From Candidatus Latescibacterota bacterium (GTDB taxonomy: Bacteria > Latescibacterota > CBDEFO01): a stretch of 64,000 bases of DNA. The stretch covers positions 256,001 to 320,000 of the forward strand of contig CBDEFO010000006.1 of assembly GCA_965237525.1 (NCBI GenBank), in the 5' to 3' direction. A model generated the notes under the pieces. The model did not search any database, was not told where the DNA came from, and saw only the letters and a program-made list of their open reading frames with translations. The position numbers were made by a program, and so were the translations under genes. Of the stretch, positions 40,616 to 50,898 are shown one piece after another (positions within the stretch are counted from its first letter, which is position 1; each line of letters starts with the position of its first letter).

Positions 40616-40638
40616 TCCCCGATAGATTCAATCGGGGA
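40616..40638. repeat. CCCCGATAGATTCAATCGGGG mini-palindrome family (representative copy)
   Basis: Related copies at 2426-2446, 6591-6634, 10343-10369, 10522-10544, 43481-43522, 48625-48658 and 49091-49108 (partial). Confidence 0.8.
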
Positions 40639-40814
40639 CTCGCAATGAACGGAGGCAAAAAACCTGACAAGGTCAATGCGAGGTGCCAAAGCCGACCCGT
40701 CAGGAGTTGTTCCCCCGGAGGATACGTGAAACTGATCCAATCGCACCTGTCAACAATATAAGGCGGATCGCAAAGGGAAAAGGTTCTTATGTGTATCCTG
40801 ACTCGTTTTTTATC

Positions 40815-40843
40815 TTGACTTAGGACGTTCGGAATGTTATCAT
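40815..40843 (+). promoter_or_regulatory. sigma70 promoter with extended -10 (divergent promoter TTGACA-17-TATTTT at ~40525-40553 on the minus strand)
   Basis: TTGACT-17 bp-TATCAT with TG upstream of the -10. Confidence 0.55.
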
Positions 40844-40938
40844 ACATTGTTAAAAAATGGGTCAAAAAATGGAAGGGAGCAATCGGGTGGGGCTATTCAG
40901 TTTTTTGGAAACTCCGGATAAAAGGGAGGGATATCACT

Positions 40939-41456
40939 ATGAAAATACGATTGACCTTTCATTTTTGACTCTGTGCAGTTGCACGTTGCTCCTGCTGATT
41001 TCAGGCTGTGGTGGGGACAGTGGCACAGACCCAACGCAACCCGGTGTCTCATGGTCGAAAATCGCTTTTGTGTCATCACGGGATGGCAACTTGGAAATCT
41101 ATGTGATGAACGCTGACGGTTCCAACTAGACAAGGCTGACCAACAACCCGGCGGATGACTGGAAGCCTTCTTGGTCGCCTGACGGGACGAAGATTGCTTT
41201 TATGTCACACCGCGATGGCAACTTGGAAATCTATGTGATGAACGCCGACGGGTCAAACCCAATAAGGCTGACTGACAACCCAGCGCATCACGGTTTTTTT
41301 CCTTCTTGGTCCCCGGATGGAACAAGGATCGCCTTTACGTCATCACGCGATGGCAACGATGAAATCTATGTGATGAACGCCGATGGGTCAAACCAGACAC
41401 GGCTCACCAACAGCCCGGCGTTTGACTTTGAGCCTTCTTGGTCGCCGTCACCGTAG
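40939..41456 (+). pseudogene. TolB-like PD40-repeat lipoprotein pseudogene
   Basis: Three IAF.S.RDGN.EIYVMNADGSN repeats; lipobox ISGC; frameshift after the ATG and an in-frame TAG at 41127-41129 where repeat 3 has CAG. Confidence 0.8.
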
Positions 41457-41662
41457 CACAAATCACACAGAATCCGGCATCACGAATGATAGGGGCGTAG
41501 TAAGGAATATAGGGCATTTCCGAAGGAGTGTATCGGCAAGGCTATTCAGTTTTCTTGGAAGCACCGGTCGAGTTAGGAGCGAAGCGACGGGTGAAGACTA
41601 ACTGAGATATCTGGGCAATTCCGTTTGCAAGAACTGAATAACCCTACGATCGAGAGGACACT

Positions 41663-43411
41663 ATGGCAATTTTTACTACACGTCCGGTAATCATGGGAAC
41701 CAACGGGGTGGTAACCGCCGGCCACTACCTGGCGGCCGCGGCGGGATTCAGGATATTAGAACGGGGTGGTAACGCAATAGACGCTGGAGTGGCCGCAGGG
41801 TTTGTCGAAAGTGTCGTTGAACCCAGATCAAACGGTATAGGCGGGGAGGTCCCTATCCTTTTATATTCGGCTGCGGAAGGAAGACCATTTGCTATCAACG
41901 GACAGGGATGTGCCCCGAAAGCCGCAACCATAGAGTGGTTTAAGGCCAACAAGATAGATATAATACCCCCAGACGGTTTTTTGCCCGCCACAGTGCCCGC
42001 TGCCTTCGGGTCGTGGGCGACAGCTTTGATGCGATTCGGGACAATGAGGCTCAAAGACGTTCTGGAGCCGGCGATAGAGATGAGCGAGGAGGGCTTCGCC
42101 ATGTTTCCCAAGTTTAGGGAGGAAATGGAGTGGATGGCGCCGAGGTTCATCGAGGAATGGCCCACAACTGAAAAGATATATCTTCCGAACGGAAGGATAC
42201 CTGAGGTGGGCGAGAAGATCAAGAATACCGACTGGGCAAATACGTTCAAGAAGGTGGTGGATGCAGAGACAAAAGCGTCGGCTGCAGGTCGCGCCAAGGC
42301 CATACGGGAGGCTATAGATTTCTACTATAAGGGAGAGATAGCCGAAAAAATAGTGGAGTTTTCAGGTAAGACCCCAGTTAAAGACGTCAGCGGAGAACCG
42401 CATACAGGTCTTTTGACGATGGATGACTTTTGCAGCTATCGCACAAAGGTCGAAGAACCCGTCTCCACCAATTACCGCAGCTATCAGGTCTATAAGTGCA
42501 ACACATGGAGTCAAGGGCCTGTCTTCCTTCAGCAGTTGAATCTTCTGGAAGGATACGACTTGGCGCATACGGGACACAGCTCTCCCCAGCATATACACAC
42601 CGTTATCGAAGCCTCCAAACTCGCCTTTGCAGATAGGGAGAAATACTACGGCGACCCGGACTTCGTATCTGTGCCCCTGGACATGCTCCTGTCCAAAGAC
42701 TATGCTGAAGAACGCAGAAACTTAATCGACCCCAGGAAGGCCTCCGTCGAACTTCGCCCTGGCGATGCTCCACCGACTGTTCCGATTGCCTCCGTTGAGT
42801 CCGATCTAAGCACGTCTGTTCATATAAACGATACGACGCATCTGGATGTGATCGACAAAGAGGGAAATATGATGGCCGCTACTCCGAGCGGCGGCTGGAT
42901 ACCCTCGTCGCCTGTGGTGCAGGGCTTAGGATTTCCCCTCGGAACGAGAGCACAGATGTTCTACCTGGATTCAAAACATGCCAACGCGCTTGTCCCGCGC
43001 AAAAGACCGCGCACTACCCTGACGCCATCTTTAGTCTTAAAGGACAAGAAACCCTTCATGGTCTTCGGAACGCCGGGAGGGGATAAACAGGATCAGTGGA
43101 CACTCCAGTTTTTCCTCAATTTCGTAGATTTCGGTATGAACCTTCAGGAGGCGATAGACGCCCCTAACTTTCACAGCGATCACTTCCCCAGCTCCTTCTA
43201 TCCTCACGATGCTCATCCGGGGCACATGACAGTTGAGGGACGGATAGGAGAGGATATCTGCTCCGCGCTTTCAGATATGGGGCATATTGTGAAGGTATCA
43301 GACCATTGGGAAAACGGCCTCGTGATGGCAGTTAAGCTGGATAACGACAGCGGGGTCATATCAGGAGCAGCGTCGCCGCGCCATCAAATGGCATACGCAA
43401 TGGGAAGATAA
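41663..43411 (+). CDS. ggt: Gamma-glutamyltransferase family protein
   Basis: GGNAIDAGVA, KLAFADREKYYGDP, DTTHLDVID autoproteolysis Thr, GTPGGDKQDQ. Confidence 0.92.
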   Translation: MAIFTTRPVIMGTNGVVTAGHYLAAAAGFRILERGGNAIDAGVAAGFVESVVEPRSNGIGGEVPILLYSAAEGRPFAINGQGCAPKAATIEWFKANKIDIIPPDGFLPATVPAAFGSWATALMRFGTMRLKDVLEPAIEMSEEGFAMFPKFREEMEWMAPRFIEEWPTTEKIYLPNGRIPEVGEKIKNTDWANTFKKVVDAETKASAAGRAKAIREAIDFYYKGEIAEKIVEFSGKTPVKDVSGEPHTGLLTMDDFCSYRTKVEEPVSTNYRSYQVYKCNTWSQGPVFLQQLNLLEGYDLAHTGHSSPQHIHTVIEASKLAFADREKYYGDPDFVSVPLDMLLSKDYAEERRNLIDPRKASVELRPGDAPPTVPIASVESDLSTSVHINDTTHLDVIDKEGNMMAATPSGGWIPSSPVVQGLGFPLGTRAQMFYLDSKHANALVPRKRPRTTLTPSLVLKDKKPFMVFGTPGGDKQDQWTLQFFLNFVDFGMNLQEAIDAPNFHSDHFPSSFYPHDAHPGHMTVEGRIGEDICSALSDMGHIVKVSDHWENGLVMAVKLDNDSGVISGAASPRHQMAYAMGR

Positions 43412-43651
43412 GTAGAATGTGACAGTAGACAGTAGTATGCAGACAGGGCACCTCTCCCCTCCATTACGATTGCTTCGCTGTCCCCGACCCCCAATTGAAT
43501 CTATTGGGGGTTCAATCGGGGATCACTATGACAGTCTATTTGCTGCTCTTCTGTTCAGTCACTGCGAGGGACAAAATCCGAAAACAATCTCACAGACAGT
43601 AGACAAAACACGTTCACCTATTGCTGTTTACGTTTCAGAAAGGATAGACCC

Positions 43652-44287
43652 ATGGATAGAGGAGATCGCATAGATTCCAAAGAGGACGAGACGTTCGGCA
43701 ACGCCACGATAAGCCTCTACGTAAGCCCAGACAGCATCTTTACCGTACACACCTACAGAAAGGAATCGGCCGAAAGGATCCAAAAGATCACAGAGGAAAT
43801 GATCAAAGCAGGTGACATGTCAAGAGATGAAAACGATAAGGTATCATTTTCCTGCGGTCACAGGCACCAGAAGGCAGCAAAGATGATCTTTACACAGGTC
43901 ATCCGACACAGAGAGTCATCTGTCCAGACAGAAGGCGAGATGATGATGATGGAAGACCGCAAGTCCGGGGAGATTATCACTATCCGTGCCGATGAGGGAG
44001 CAGACGGATGGGTCTTCACGGTAAGAGCCCACGACAAGTCCGAGAAGATGTCAAAAAGGATAAATGGAATCGTGCGCAACTTCGTCTTTCTTCTGCAGAT
44101 GGAGCAGATAGAAGGTACCACTGATCAGGTCGCCTTCCCCTGCAGCCAGAACCACTTTGAGTTAGTCAAGCTCTCCTTCCCCAAAGCACTTACCCGCTCG
44201 CCAGTGAAATTGAAGACAGAAGAGGCGGAAAGAGAGGAGCAGGAAATGGCAAGGGGAATACTGACAGTGGGTACGTCCACGCAGTGA
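43652..44287 (+). CDS. Hypothetical protein
   Basis: 211-aa ORF with AAAGGA RBS; internal repeated motif DKVSFSCGHRH / DQVAFPCSQNH. Confidence 0.7.
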   Translation: MDRGDRIDSKEDETFGNATISLYVSPDSIFTVHTYRKESAERIQKITEEMIKAGDMSRDENDKVSFSCGHRHQKAAKMIFTQVIRHRESSVQTEGEMMMMEDRKSGEIITIRADEGADGWVFTVRAHDKSEKMSKRINGIVRNFVFLLQMEQIEGTTDQVAFPCSQNHFELVKLSFPKALTRSPVKLKTEEAEREEQEMARGILTVGTSTQ

Positions 44288-44831
44288 AAATCGCCTGATC
44301 TCCCCTTGCCTTTACGAACGATCCAATCGAGTACGCCTGCTCAAGAATAGCCACCGTAGCTTAAGTATCTGTTGAAGAAGTTGAAAATTCCATTTAGCGA
44401 GTAATAGTTGTGCTTGAGCGAAGTTCTGGCTGGACTGAAGGGTCCAGCCCAAAGACTGCTCGATTCTGCCAAATTAAAGAACGTTCAAATGGTTCAAGAC
44501 AACGAACAGGTCGTGCAGGACTCTCCCATTCCAGGCGGATGGCCCGGATGTTTGTAAAGACCGGCTTCAAGGGAGCAGCTATCCACGAATCTGGAAGCTG
44601 CGCAGATCCAGCATTTTCGGTGAATCGATTCTGGAACTATATGAGATGGATCTCAGATGAGTACATCGCAGATATGCCATAACCAGATTGCTGCCAACTC
44701 AGCCAAGCAACCCCGCCGCTTCTCAATGACAATCTGGTGTGTCTTTGAGTTGCTCATCTTCGGCCCTCAGTCATTGCCAGAAGTGAAACCCGCAGTAACC
44801 ACAAGCTACTTGAGTTTACGGGCGTGGGAGG

Positions 44832-45803
44832 ATGTCCCCTGTACACTGCCCCCTTGAAATGGGAATGACTATGGGCAATTACCTAATTCCCCAGGTAAGG
44901 CTAAACATATACCCGCCAAAGCGACCCTTTCTGGCGCCTCTTGTCCACAGGACAAAGTTGACGCATCTTTCCAGCCCTAATTTTTCCTGGCATCTGACGT
45001 TTGATATAAGCCAAAGCCGGCTGGCCGGCGCAGTCAGAACAGGAACAAGCATGGGTGTCAAAGCTCCAGGCGTGGATGAAAGAGGAAGGGAACACAAACC
45101 CCGCGCCTATTCTGTGGCATCACCGGTCTGGGGCGATGACGGCAAGGGACATACCTTTTCACTGACCGTGAAGCGTGAACTTGCTGAGGATCCTAAAACG
45201 GGCAAATTGGTCAAGGGAGTTTGCTCAAGCTACCTTTGCGATATGCAGATAGAGGAAAAAGCACAGGTGATGGGGCCGTGGTACGACAACTTTCTTCTGT
45301 CCAATGATCTTTTGGATCACGATTACGTCTTTATAGCCACCGGCACCGGGATTGCGCCTTTTCGAGGAATGTTAGAAGAACTCTTTACACTCGGGTTTAC
45401 GCGTCAGGTCTGGCTGATCTTTGGCGTGCCTTACAGCACAGACGTTCTATATGACAATATGTTTCGACAGTATGCCGAAGCGCACTCAAATTTTCATTAT
45501 GTCACTGCTATCAGCCGGGAAAATCCTTCCAAGGGCAAGGTCTACGTTCAACACAGATTACGGGAACACGTTCACGAGCTTGAGCATCTGCTCAAAAAAG
45601 AGTCAACGTGCCTTTACATTTGCGGGTTAGCGGGGATGGAAGCGGGGATCTACGCGGAGCTTCTGAGAATGAGGACGAATCTGATCTCTCTGCCTGATGG
45701 ATATAGTCTAGACGACATCGCAAGCATGTCCAAGAAGGATTCTGCAATCAAACAGATATTCAGAGATCGCAACAAAGACCGTCTCTTTGTCGAGACGTAT
45801 TGA
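44832..45803 (+). CDS. Ferredoxin-NADP+ reductase family protein (plant-type FNR/BoxA-like); start may be slightly downstream
   Basis: RAYSVAS, GVCSSYLCD, ATGTGIAPFRG, KVYVQ, YICGL, C-terminal VETY. Confidence 0.88.
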   Translation: MSPVHCPLEMGMTMGNYLIPQVRLNIYPPKRPFLAPLVHRTKLTHLSSPNFSWHLTFDISQSRLAGAVRTGTSMGVKAPGVDERGREHKPRAYSVASPVWGDDGKGHTFSLTVKRELAEDPKTGKLVKGVCSSYLCDMQIEEKAQVMGPWYDNFLLSNDLLDHDYVFIATGTGIAPFRGMLEELFTLGFTRQVWLIFGVPYSTDVLYDNMFRQYAEAHSNFHYVTAISRENPSKGKVYVQHRLREHVHELEHLLKKESTCLYICGLAGMEAGIYAELLRMRTNLISLPDGYSLDDIASMSKKDSAIKQIFRDRNKDRLFVETY

Positions 45804-45852
45804 TAGACGCTTGCTATAGTACGCACCAGGGCCCTCCATAGCTTAGGGTTCT

Positions 45853-48279
45853 TCAGGAGGAAACTGGCATTGTGTTTCTCATCTTCTCAGCTGCTGGGAA
45901 AGCTTCATCATTTCTACTTCCGGGCCAGAAGAAGTATCTGTAGCTGTTCCCTCCGGTTCTACCATAGGGACTTTGCTGAACCGGGTGTTCCATGGAAGCA
46001 ATGCGCTCGGAGCTCCCAAAAATGTTACGTGCCCGCTCTGCTGAAGTGGCGGCAAGTCTCGAAGTGGGCGAAGAGCTTTCTGGGAAAGAAGTGATACGAT
46101 CGCCGTAAACCGGGAGCCTTATAATAAAGGTAGCCCCCTTATTGGGGATGCTATGGACTTTAATCTCCCCTTTATGTCTTTCGACGATCCCATAGACTAA
46201 ACTCAAGCCCAGGTCGCTCCCGTTAGCTCCTTTAGTCGTAAAGAAGGGATCGAATACCTTATTCTGTATTTCATTCGGAATCCCGACTCCTGTGTCCGAT
46301 GCGGTAATCAAAATCGAATCCCCAGAAGACTCAGTCTTAATATATATGTCGCCGCCATCGGGCATTGCATCTATGGAGTTGAAGATAAGATTGGTAAAGA
46401 TCTCCCGAATCTCTACGGGATTCCCAAATATAGGGGGAACATCAGCGAGCCCTCTGTGCAACTGTATCTGGATTCCTCTTATTTGCGCCTCTCTTTCCCA
46501 GTTGGGCCTTGTTATATCAATTACCTCTTCTATAATTTCGTTTATATCGACTTTTACAAAGTTTACTTCCTGGCGTGGGCGTGTAGAATCTTGTATTTTG
46601 GCTATAATTTCAGCCCCGTCCATGGTGGCTTTTTCTATGGCCTTAAGGCGCATTTTCGACTCGGGCTGCTCCAGGCTCCTGTGGAGTATCTGCGACTGGC
46701 CGAGTATGATGCCCAAGATATTGTTGAATTCGTGAGCCATTCCCGCTGCCACTTCGCCGAGGGCGTTTAGCCTTTCCATCTGGATTATCTGCTTTTGCGC
46801 CCCCGGCAATTTGCGATAGGAACTCTCTAAATCCGCCTGAGCCAGGGCCAGTTTTTCGATATGTTCTTCACTGCGCCTGTGCTCCAAACACCTGTGAACT
46901 GTAAGGGACACAAGATCGGAAATTGCAGAAAGGGATACTACAGCCTCGCGTTCTCGAAACTCGACGTTATCCCGTCGCCACGCTCTCAGATAGCCCGCAG
47001 TCCTGTTTTCAACATAGATATCTATCCTTACACCCTCTTTATCAAGCTCTAACCCTTCAACAATGGAACTCTCGGAAGACCCTCCGTTTGTTCTCGAAGC
47101 TGCAACTTGTCCCAGCTCTGAGACCGATTTTGCTGCTCGATACGTCTCCCCATTACCCATGTCTATTACACATTCTGCCTTGTAGAACCCTATGCCCGAT
47201 GTTGCACATCTGATAGCCGCTTTGACCACCTCATCTATCTCTACACAAGTCTGTAGATTAAGACCGAGTTTATGAAGAGCTGTCCTTTCGGCTAATCTGA
47301 TTTGCAGCTTCCTGTTTGTGTGATCTAAATCCAGGTTTATCTGACTCAGTTCCTGATTGGCTCTCTGCATAAGAGTCAGATGATCTTTGCCCGAGCCTAT
47401 GTCTCGGTCCAGTGTCTGAGCTATTTCCTGTACCTTTTCCTCGGCCTTTGAAGCTATCTCCCTTAAGTCGTCCTCCGGGATTTTGAATCTATCTCTTAGT
47501 TTCTCTATTTGATCGAAAGTGCCGTTTAAACCGATCATCTTGCCGGAACAGACGTTGGATACGTTATTAGCCAAAGAGACCAAAGAGGTCATAAGCTGCT
47601 CCCGTCTGTTCCCCTGTGCATCTATGCCCGGCGGGTTATGATGCATCCAGGCGGCTTCTATCAGATGGTCGGGAAACTTCCACTTCTCCATAATCCACTT
47701 GCCCACAAGTCCGTGGTCAACGCCGATTATGCGCCTTTCCGCCTCATGTAAGTCTATTCTGTCCTTCATCGAAAGCTCTAACGCGGACCCAAATTTGTCA
47801 GGTACATGTAAATCTAATATGAGCTTCCCTATATCGTGAAGCAGACCGGCTACGAACACCTGATCGGAGAAGCTGAAACTGAGTCTTTGCGATATATCCT
47901 GGGATAAAACAGCGCAGGAGAAGGAGTGGCGCCAGAACTCCTTCATATCTAAATTGGAGTTCTCAAGCGATTCCAAATTGTCCATCAAAGAGATGCTCAA
48001 TACTATGTTCTTGAGCTTATTAAATCCCAAAATGACTATGGCGTTCTTGACCGTGGATACTGCTTGTGGTCTTCCGTAGAAGGAGGAGTTGGCAACTCTG
48101 AGGACTTTGGTAGTTAAAGATTGGTCCGTTTCCACAAGCTCAGAGACATCCTGAACACTGGAGTTCTCATCCAGAACCCTGTTCATTACCTCCACCAGCA
48201 TCGAGGGCAGTGTCGGAAGACCATCCAGATTTCCTATGGCCTGCTTGATCTTTAACTTATCAGTACTGTTCTCAGCCAT
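45853..48279 (-). CDS. HDOD-domain sensor histidine kinase
   Basis: LPTLP..VLRVANSSFY..FWRHS..GLLHDIGK HDOD; AHEFNNIL H-box; NLIFNSIDA, DTGVGI, FDPFFTTK. Confidence 0.88.
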   Translation of the reverse strand: MAENSTDKLKIKQAIGNLDGLPTLPSMLVEVMNRVLDENSSVQDVSELVETDQSLTTKVLRVANSSFYGRPQAVSTVKNAIVILGFNKLKNIVLSISLMDNLESLENSNLDMKEFWRHSFSCAVLSQDISQRLSFSFSDQVFVAGLLHDIGKLILDLHVPDKFGSALELSMKDRIDLHEAERRIIGVDHGLVGKWIMEKWKFPDHLIEAAWMHHNPPGIDAQGNRREQLMTSLVSLANNVSNVCSGKMIGLNGTFDQIEKLRDRFKIPEDDLREIASKAEEKVQEIAQTLDRDIGSGKDHLTLMQRANQELSQINLDLDHTNRKLQIRLAERTALHKLGLNLQTCVEIDEVVKAAIRCATSGIGFYKAECVIDMGNGETYRAAKSVSELGQVAASRTNGGSSESSIVEGLELDKEGVRIDIYVENRTAGYLRAWRRDNVEFREREAVVSLSAISDLVSLTVHRCLEHRRSEEHIEKLALAQADLESSYRKLPGAQKQIIQMERLNALGEVAAGMAHEFNNILGIILGQSQILHRSLEQPESKMRLKAIEKATMDGAEIIAKIQDSTRPRQEVNFVKVDINEIIEEVIDITRPNWEREAQIRGIQIQLHRGLADVPPIFGNPVEIREIFTNLIFNSIDAMPDGGDIYIKTESSGDSILITASDTGVGIPNEIQNKVFDPFFTTKGANGSDLGLSLVYGIVERHKGEIKVHSIPNKGATFIIRLPVYGDRITSFPESSSPTSRLAATSAERARNIFGSSERIASMEHPVQQSPYGRTGGNSYRYFFWPGSRNDEAFPAAEKMRNTMPVSS

Positions 48280-48651
48280 CTTTCCTCTCCCTCCATCTAC
48301 TTCGACTCATGATGCGATATACTTGAGACTTACGATGATGCTGAACGGTACTTTGACACGCTGCTTTTAGCTGGAACTCCTATCACATTCTTGTTACGAA
48401 TTAGTATCTGACTGACACGCCCTTTGGACCTTTACGCTAAAAGATAATAAAAAATGAAACCACTGTCAACATAAATTTCAAAGAATATAATGTTTTACAG
48501 ACACTTTATCTGTGATCTCCATCACATTTTTTGAAAAAAGATTAAGTTTGAAAAAGATTAAGAAATTAGTTTGGGACAAGACACCTATAACCATGGACAC
48601 AGATGGGGCAGGTGCCCTTTCTACTCCCGATAGGTTCAATCAGGGATAGAT

Positions 48652-49089
48652 TCAATCGTGGCTACTATCTACTTGCTTTGGTCTCAACCACATCAGTTTG
48701 ACTCCCACTGACATCAATAAAACTAACCCGAAAGTACACACCATCGCGGCACCTGTAGGAAGATCAAAACTGTAGGAAAAAACACAGCCCAACACACTGA
48801 CGACTGTGCCCATAATCCATCCTAAGGTCAGCCGTTTTCCTAAACTATCGCAGAACATAGCCCCGCATACAGCAGGAACGATGAGAAAGGAAAATACTAA
48901 AAGAACCCCAGCAATCTGAACAGAACTTGTGATCACAAGCCCGAAAGATGCATAAAACAGAAAATTCCACAGACTTATGTTCATGCCTTCCTTTAAAGCC
49001 TGCTCCGGTTGAAGAGATATTAGCAAAAACTTCTTTCTGAATATCCAATTAAAGACCCCTACTGCGCCGCAGATAAGAGCCGTCTTCAT
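48652..49089 (-). pseudogene. Metal ABC transporter permease (ZnuB/MntB-like), C-terminal fragment
   Basis: FGLVITSSVQIAGVLLVFSFLIVPA...DLPTGA; N-terminal half absent; palindromic repeat copies at both ends. Confidence 0.7.
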
Positions 49090-49276
49090 GCCCCGATTAA
49101 AATCCCGGTCAAGTATGGGTTTTCTTTGTAGTAAATATGTTAAATGACAATGCCAAGGTCAAGCTCTTTTTGAAACTTACATATAAACAGCGAGGGCCAG
49201 AGCAACAAGGTTCGGAAAGAATGTATAACAGGGCGGACAGAAGGAGGGCTAAATAATTACTTACATTTTGCGACGT

Positions 49277-50830
49277 TTACAGGGAGTTAACGCGGCTTTT
49301 CAAGGCTATGAGATTCTGAACGGCGTTTTCGTAGTTAGGATCTAATCTTAAGGCGGCTCTGTAGCTGGATAGAGCCGATTCGTACTGTCCCATCTGCGCA
49401 TAGCAGGAGCCGAGATTGGTAAGAACTTGGGGGTCAGCATTGCCACTCTCACAGTTGTTACGGTGGAGGAATCTTTCGTAAAGCCCTGCGGCTGTTTCGT
49501 AATCTGCAATGTTCACGCTTATGTCTCCGAGCTTCCTTATGGCTTTAAGTGAGATGTCTTCGACAAGTTTTGTCCTTTCGACAATGCTTTTGACCTTGTC
49601 CCTTCTATCTTGAGCGATGTATACCTGGGCCAGATTCAAAAGAGCTTCCGGCCAGTCAGGCTTGTACCTCAGGGCAGCATTGAACTCCTCCAAAGCCTTA
49701 TCGAGTTTGCCCTTGAGAAGATACACATACCCAAGTCCATTGTAAGCCTCAGAATATGTGGGGTCTATCTCTGAGGAAGCTTTGTATGCCCGTTCGGCTT
49801 CCTCCAAAAAGGTCAGCGATTTTGAGGAAGAGTGGTGCGACCATAGTGAAAGGTAGCAGTATCCGATCAAAGAGTAGGCGATTGCATGGTCTTCTATGGT
49901 GCTGACGATGAGAAAGTTGAGCTTTGGGCTATCAACCCATTCTTGCCTCTTTGCAAGATAGGTCTGTAGAACTTGGATGGACTTTTCGTGTTCCCTTTTT
50001 TGGAGATAGACCTGTCCCAATGTAAGAAGGATGTCTATATAGTTGTCCTTCTTATCAAGGGCAGAAAGACAAAACTTTTCCGCTTTCTCGTAGTTGGAAA
50101 GGTGAAGGTAAGAAAAGGCGACGTCGTAGAGTATCATAAGGTAGAAGTTAGGGTCTTTTTCGTAGGGAATCCTGTCAAGAACATCTTCCCCGTATCGGAG
50201 GACAAGCTCGAACTCTTTTCGGTTCCTGTATATCCTTATGAGATTGTGCCACGCAAAGATATTATCAGGATCGTCTTGAAGTTGCTTTTCAAGAAGCTTT
50301 CTGCTCCTTTCACTTTTTTGCATTGTCTTTTTATGCCCCAGGTTATACCCTTTATGATATATCCTTATTTCACTGTGTAGGCCTTTGCCCTCATAGATGA
50401 GTTGGTTGTGTACTATGCCTTCGTAGTGGGCCTTGCCCCTTCTGTACAATCTGGGATAGTAGAATTTGGATCTGCCTTGGGGGAGGTCGTTGTATATGGC
50501 CAGAAAAACAGCGTTGTAGAGGTCGGATTCAACTGCGTTCTTCAGGATGGGAAGATCGTCTTTTTCAAACTCTTCGTCGGCGTCCAGTTGAAGTATCCAA
50601 TCTGAGGATGCACAGCCGATGGAATAATTTCTGGCTTCCGAAAAGTTGTCCTTCCAGGAATGATGGTAGACTTTAGCTCTATGGCTTTCGGCTATTTGGG
50701 CTGTGCGGTCGGTCGAGCCAGTATCCACTACTATCATCTCATCGACAACGCCCAGGACGCTCTCCAGACAGGCTCCGAGGTGTTCCTCCTCATCTTTGAC
50801 GATCATGCAAAGGGAAATTGTGGGTCTCAT
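49277..50830 (-). CDS. GT2 glycosyltransferase with TPR repeats
   Basis: ISLCMIVKDEE, VDTGSTD, LDADE, YEGIVHNQ; multiple TPRs. Confidence 0.9.
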   Translation of the reverse strand: MRPTISLCMIVKDEEEHLGACLESVLGVVDEMIVVDTGSTDRTAQIAESHRAKVYHHSWKDNFSEARNYSIGCASSDWILQLDADEEFEKDDLPILKNAVESDLYNAVFLAIYNDLPQGRSKFYYPRLYRRGKAHYEGIVHNQLIYEGKGLHSEIRIYHKGYNLGHKKTMQKSERSRKLLEKQLQDDPDNIFAWHNLIRIYRNRKEFELVLRYGEDVLDRIPYEKDPNFYLMILYDVAFSYLHLSNYEKAEKFCLSALDKKDNYIDILLTLGQVYLQKREHEKSIQVLQTYLAKRQEWVDSPKLNFLIVSTIEDHAIAYSLIGYCYLSLWSHHSSSKSLTFLEEAERAYKASSEIDPTYSEAYNGLGYVYLLKGKLDKALEEFNAALRYKPDWPEALLNLAQVYIAQDRRDKVKSIVERTKLVEDISLKAIRKLGDISVNIADYETAAGLYERFLHRNNCESGNADPQVLTNLGSCYAQMGQYESALSSYRAALRLDPNYENAVQNLIALKSRVNSL

Positions 50831-50898
50831 TTTTGGTAGCCAGCAAACATAGGTAGACAGCATACAGGGAGGGGAGAATACCCTGCTTACTACCTACT

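Noticed and set aside
41127..41129. In-frame TAG in the TolB-like gene as pyrrolysine or amber recoding
   Set aside because: A paralogous repeat has CAG at this position and the gene also has a frameshift after the start, so this is a simple C-to-T change in a pseudogene.
44290..44830. Possible gene remnant or RNA between the hypothetical gene and the FNR gene
   Set aside because: I could not recognise a protein motif in the frames examined or a convincing structure.
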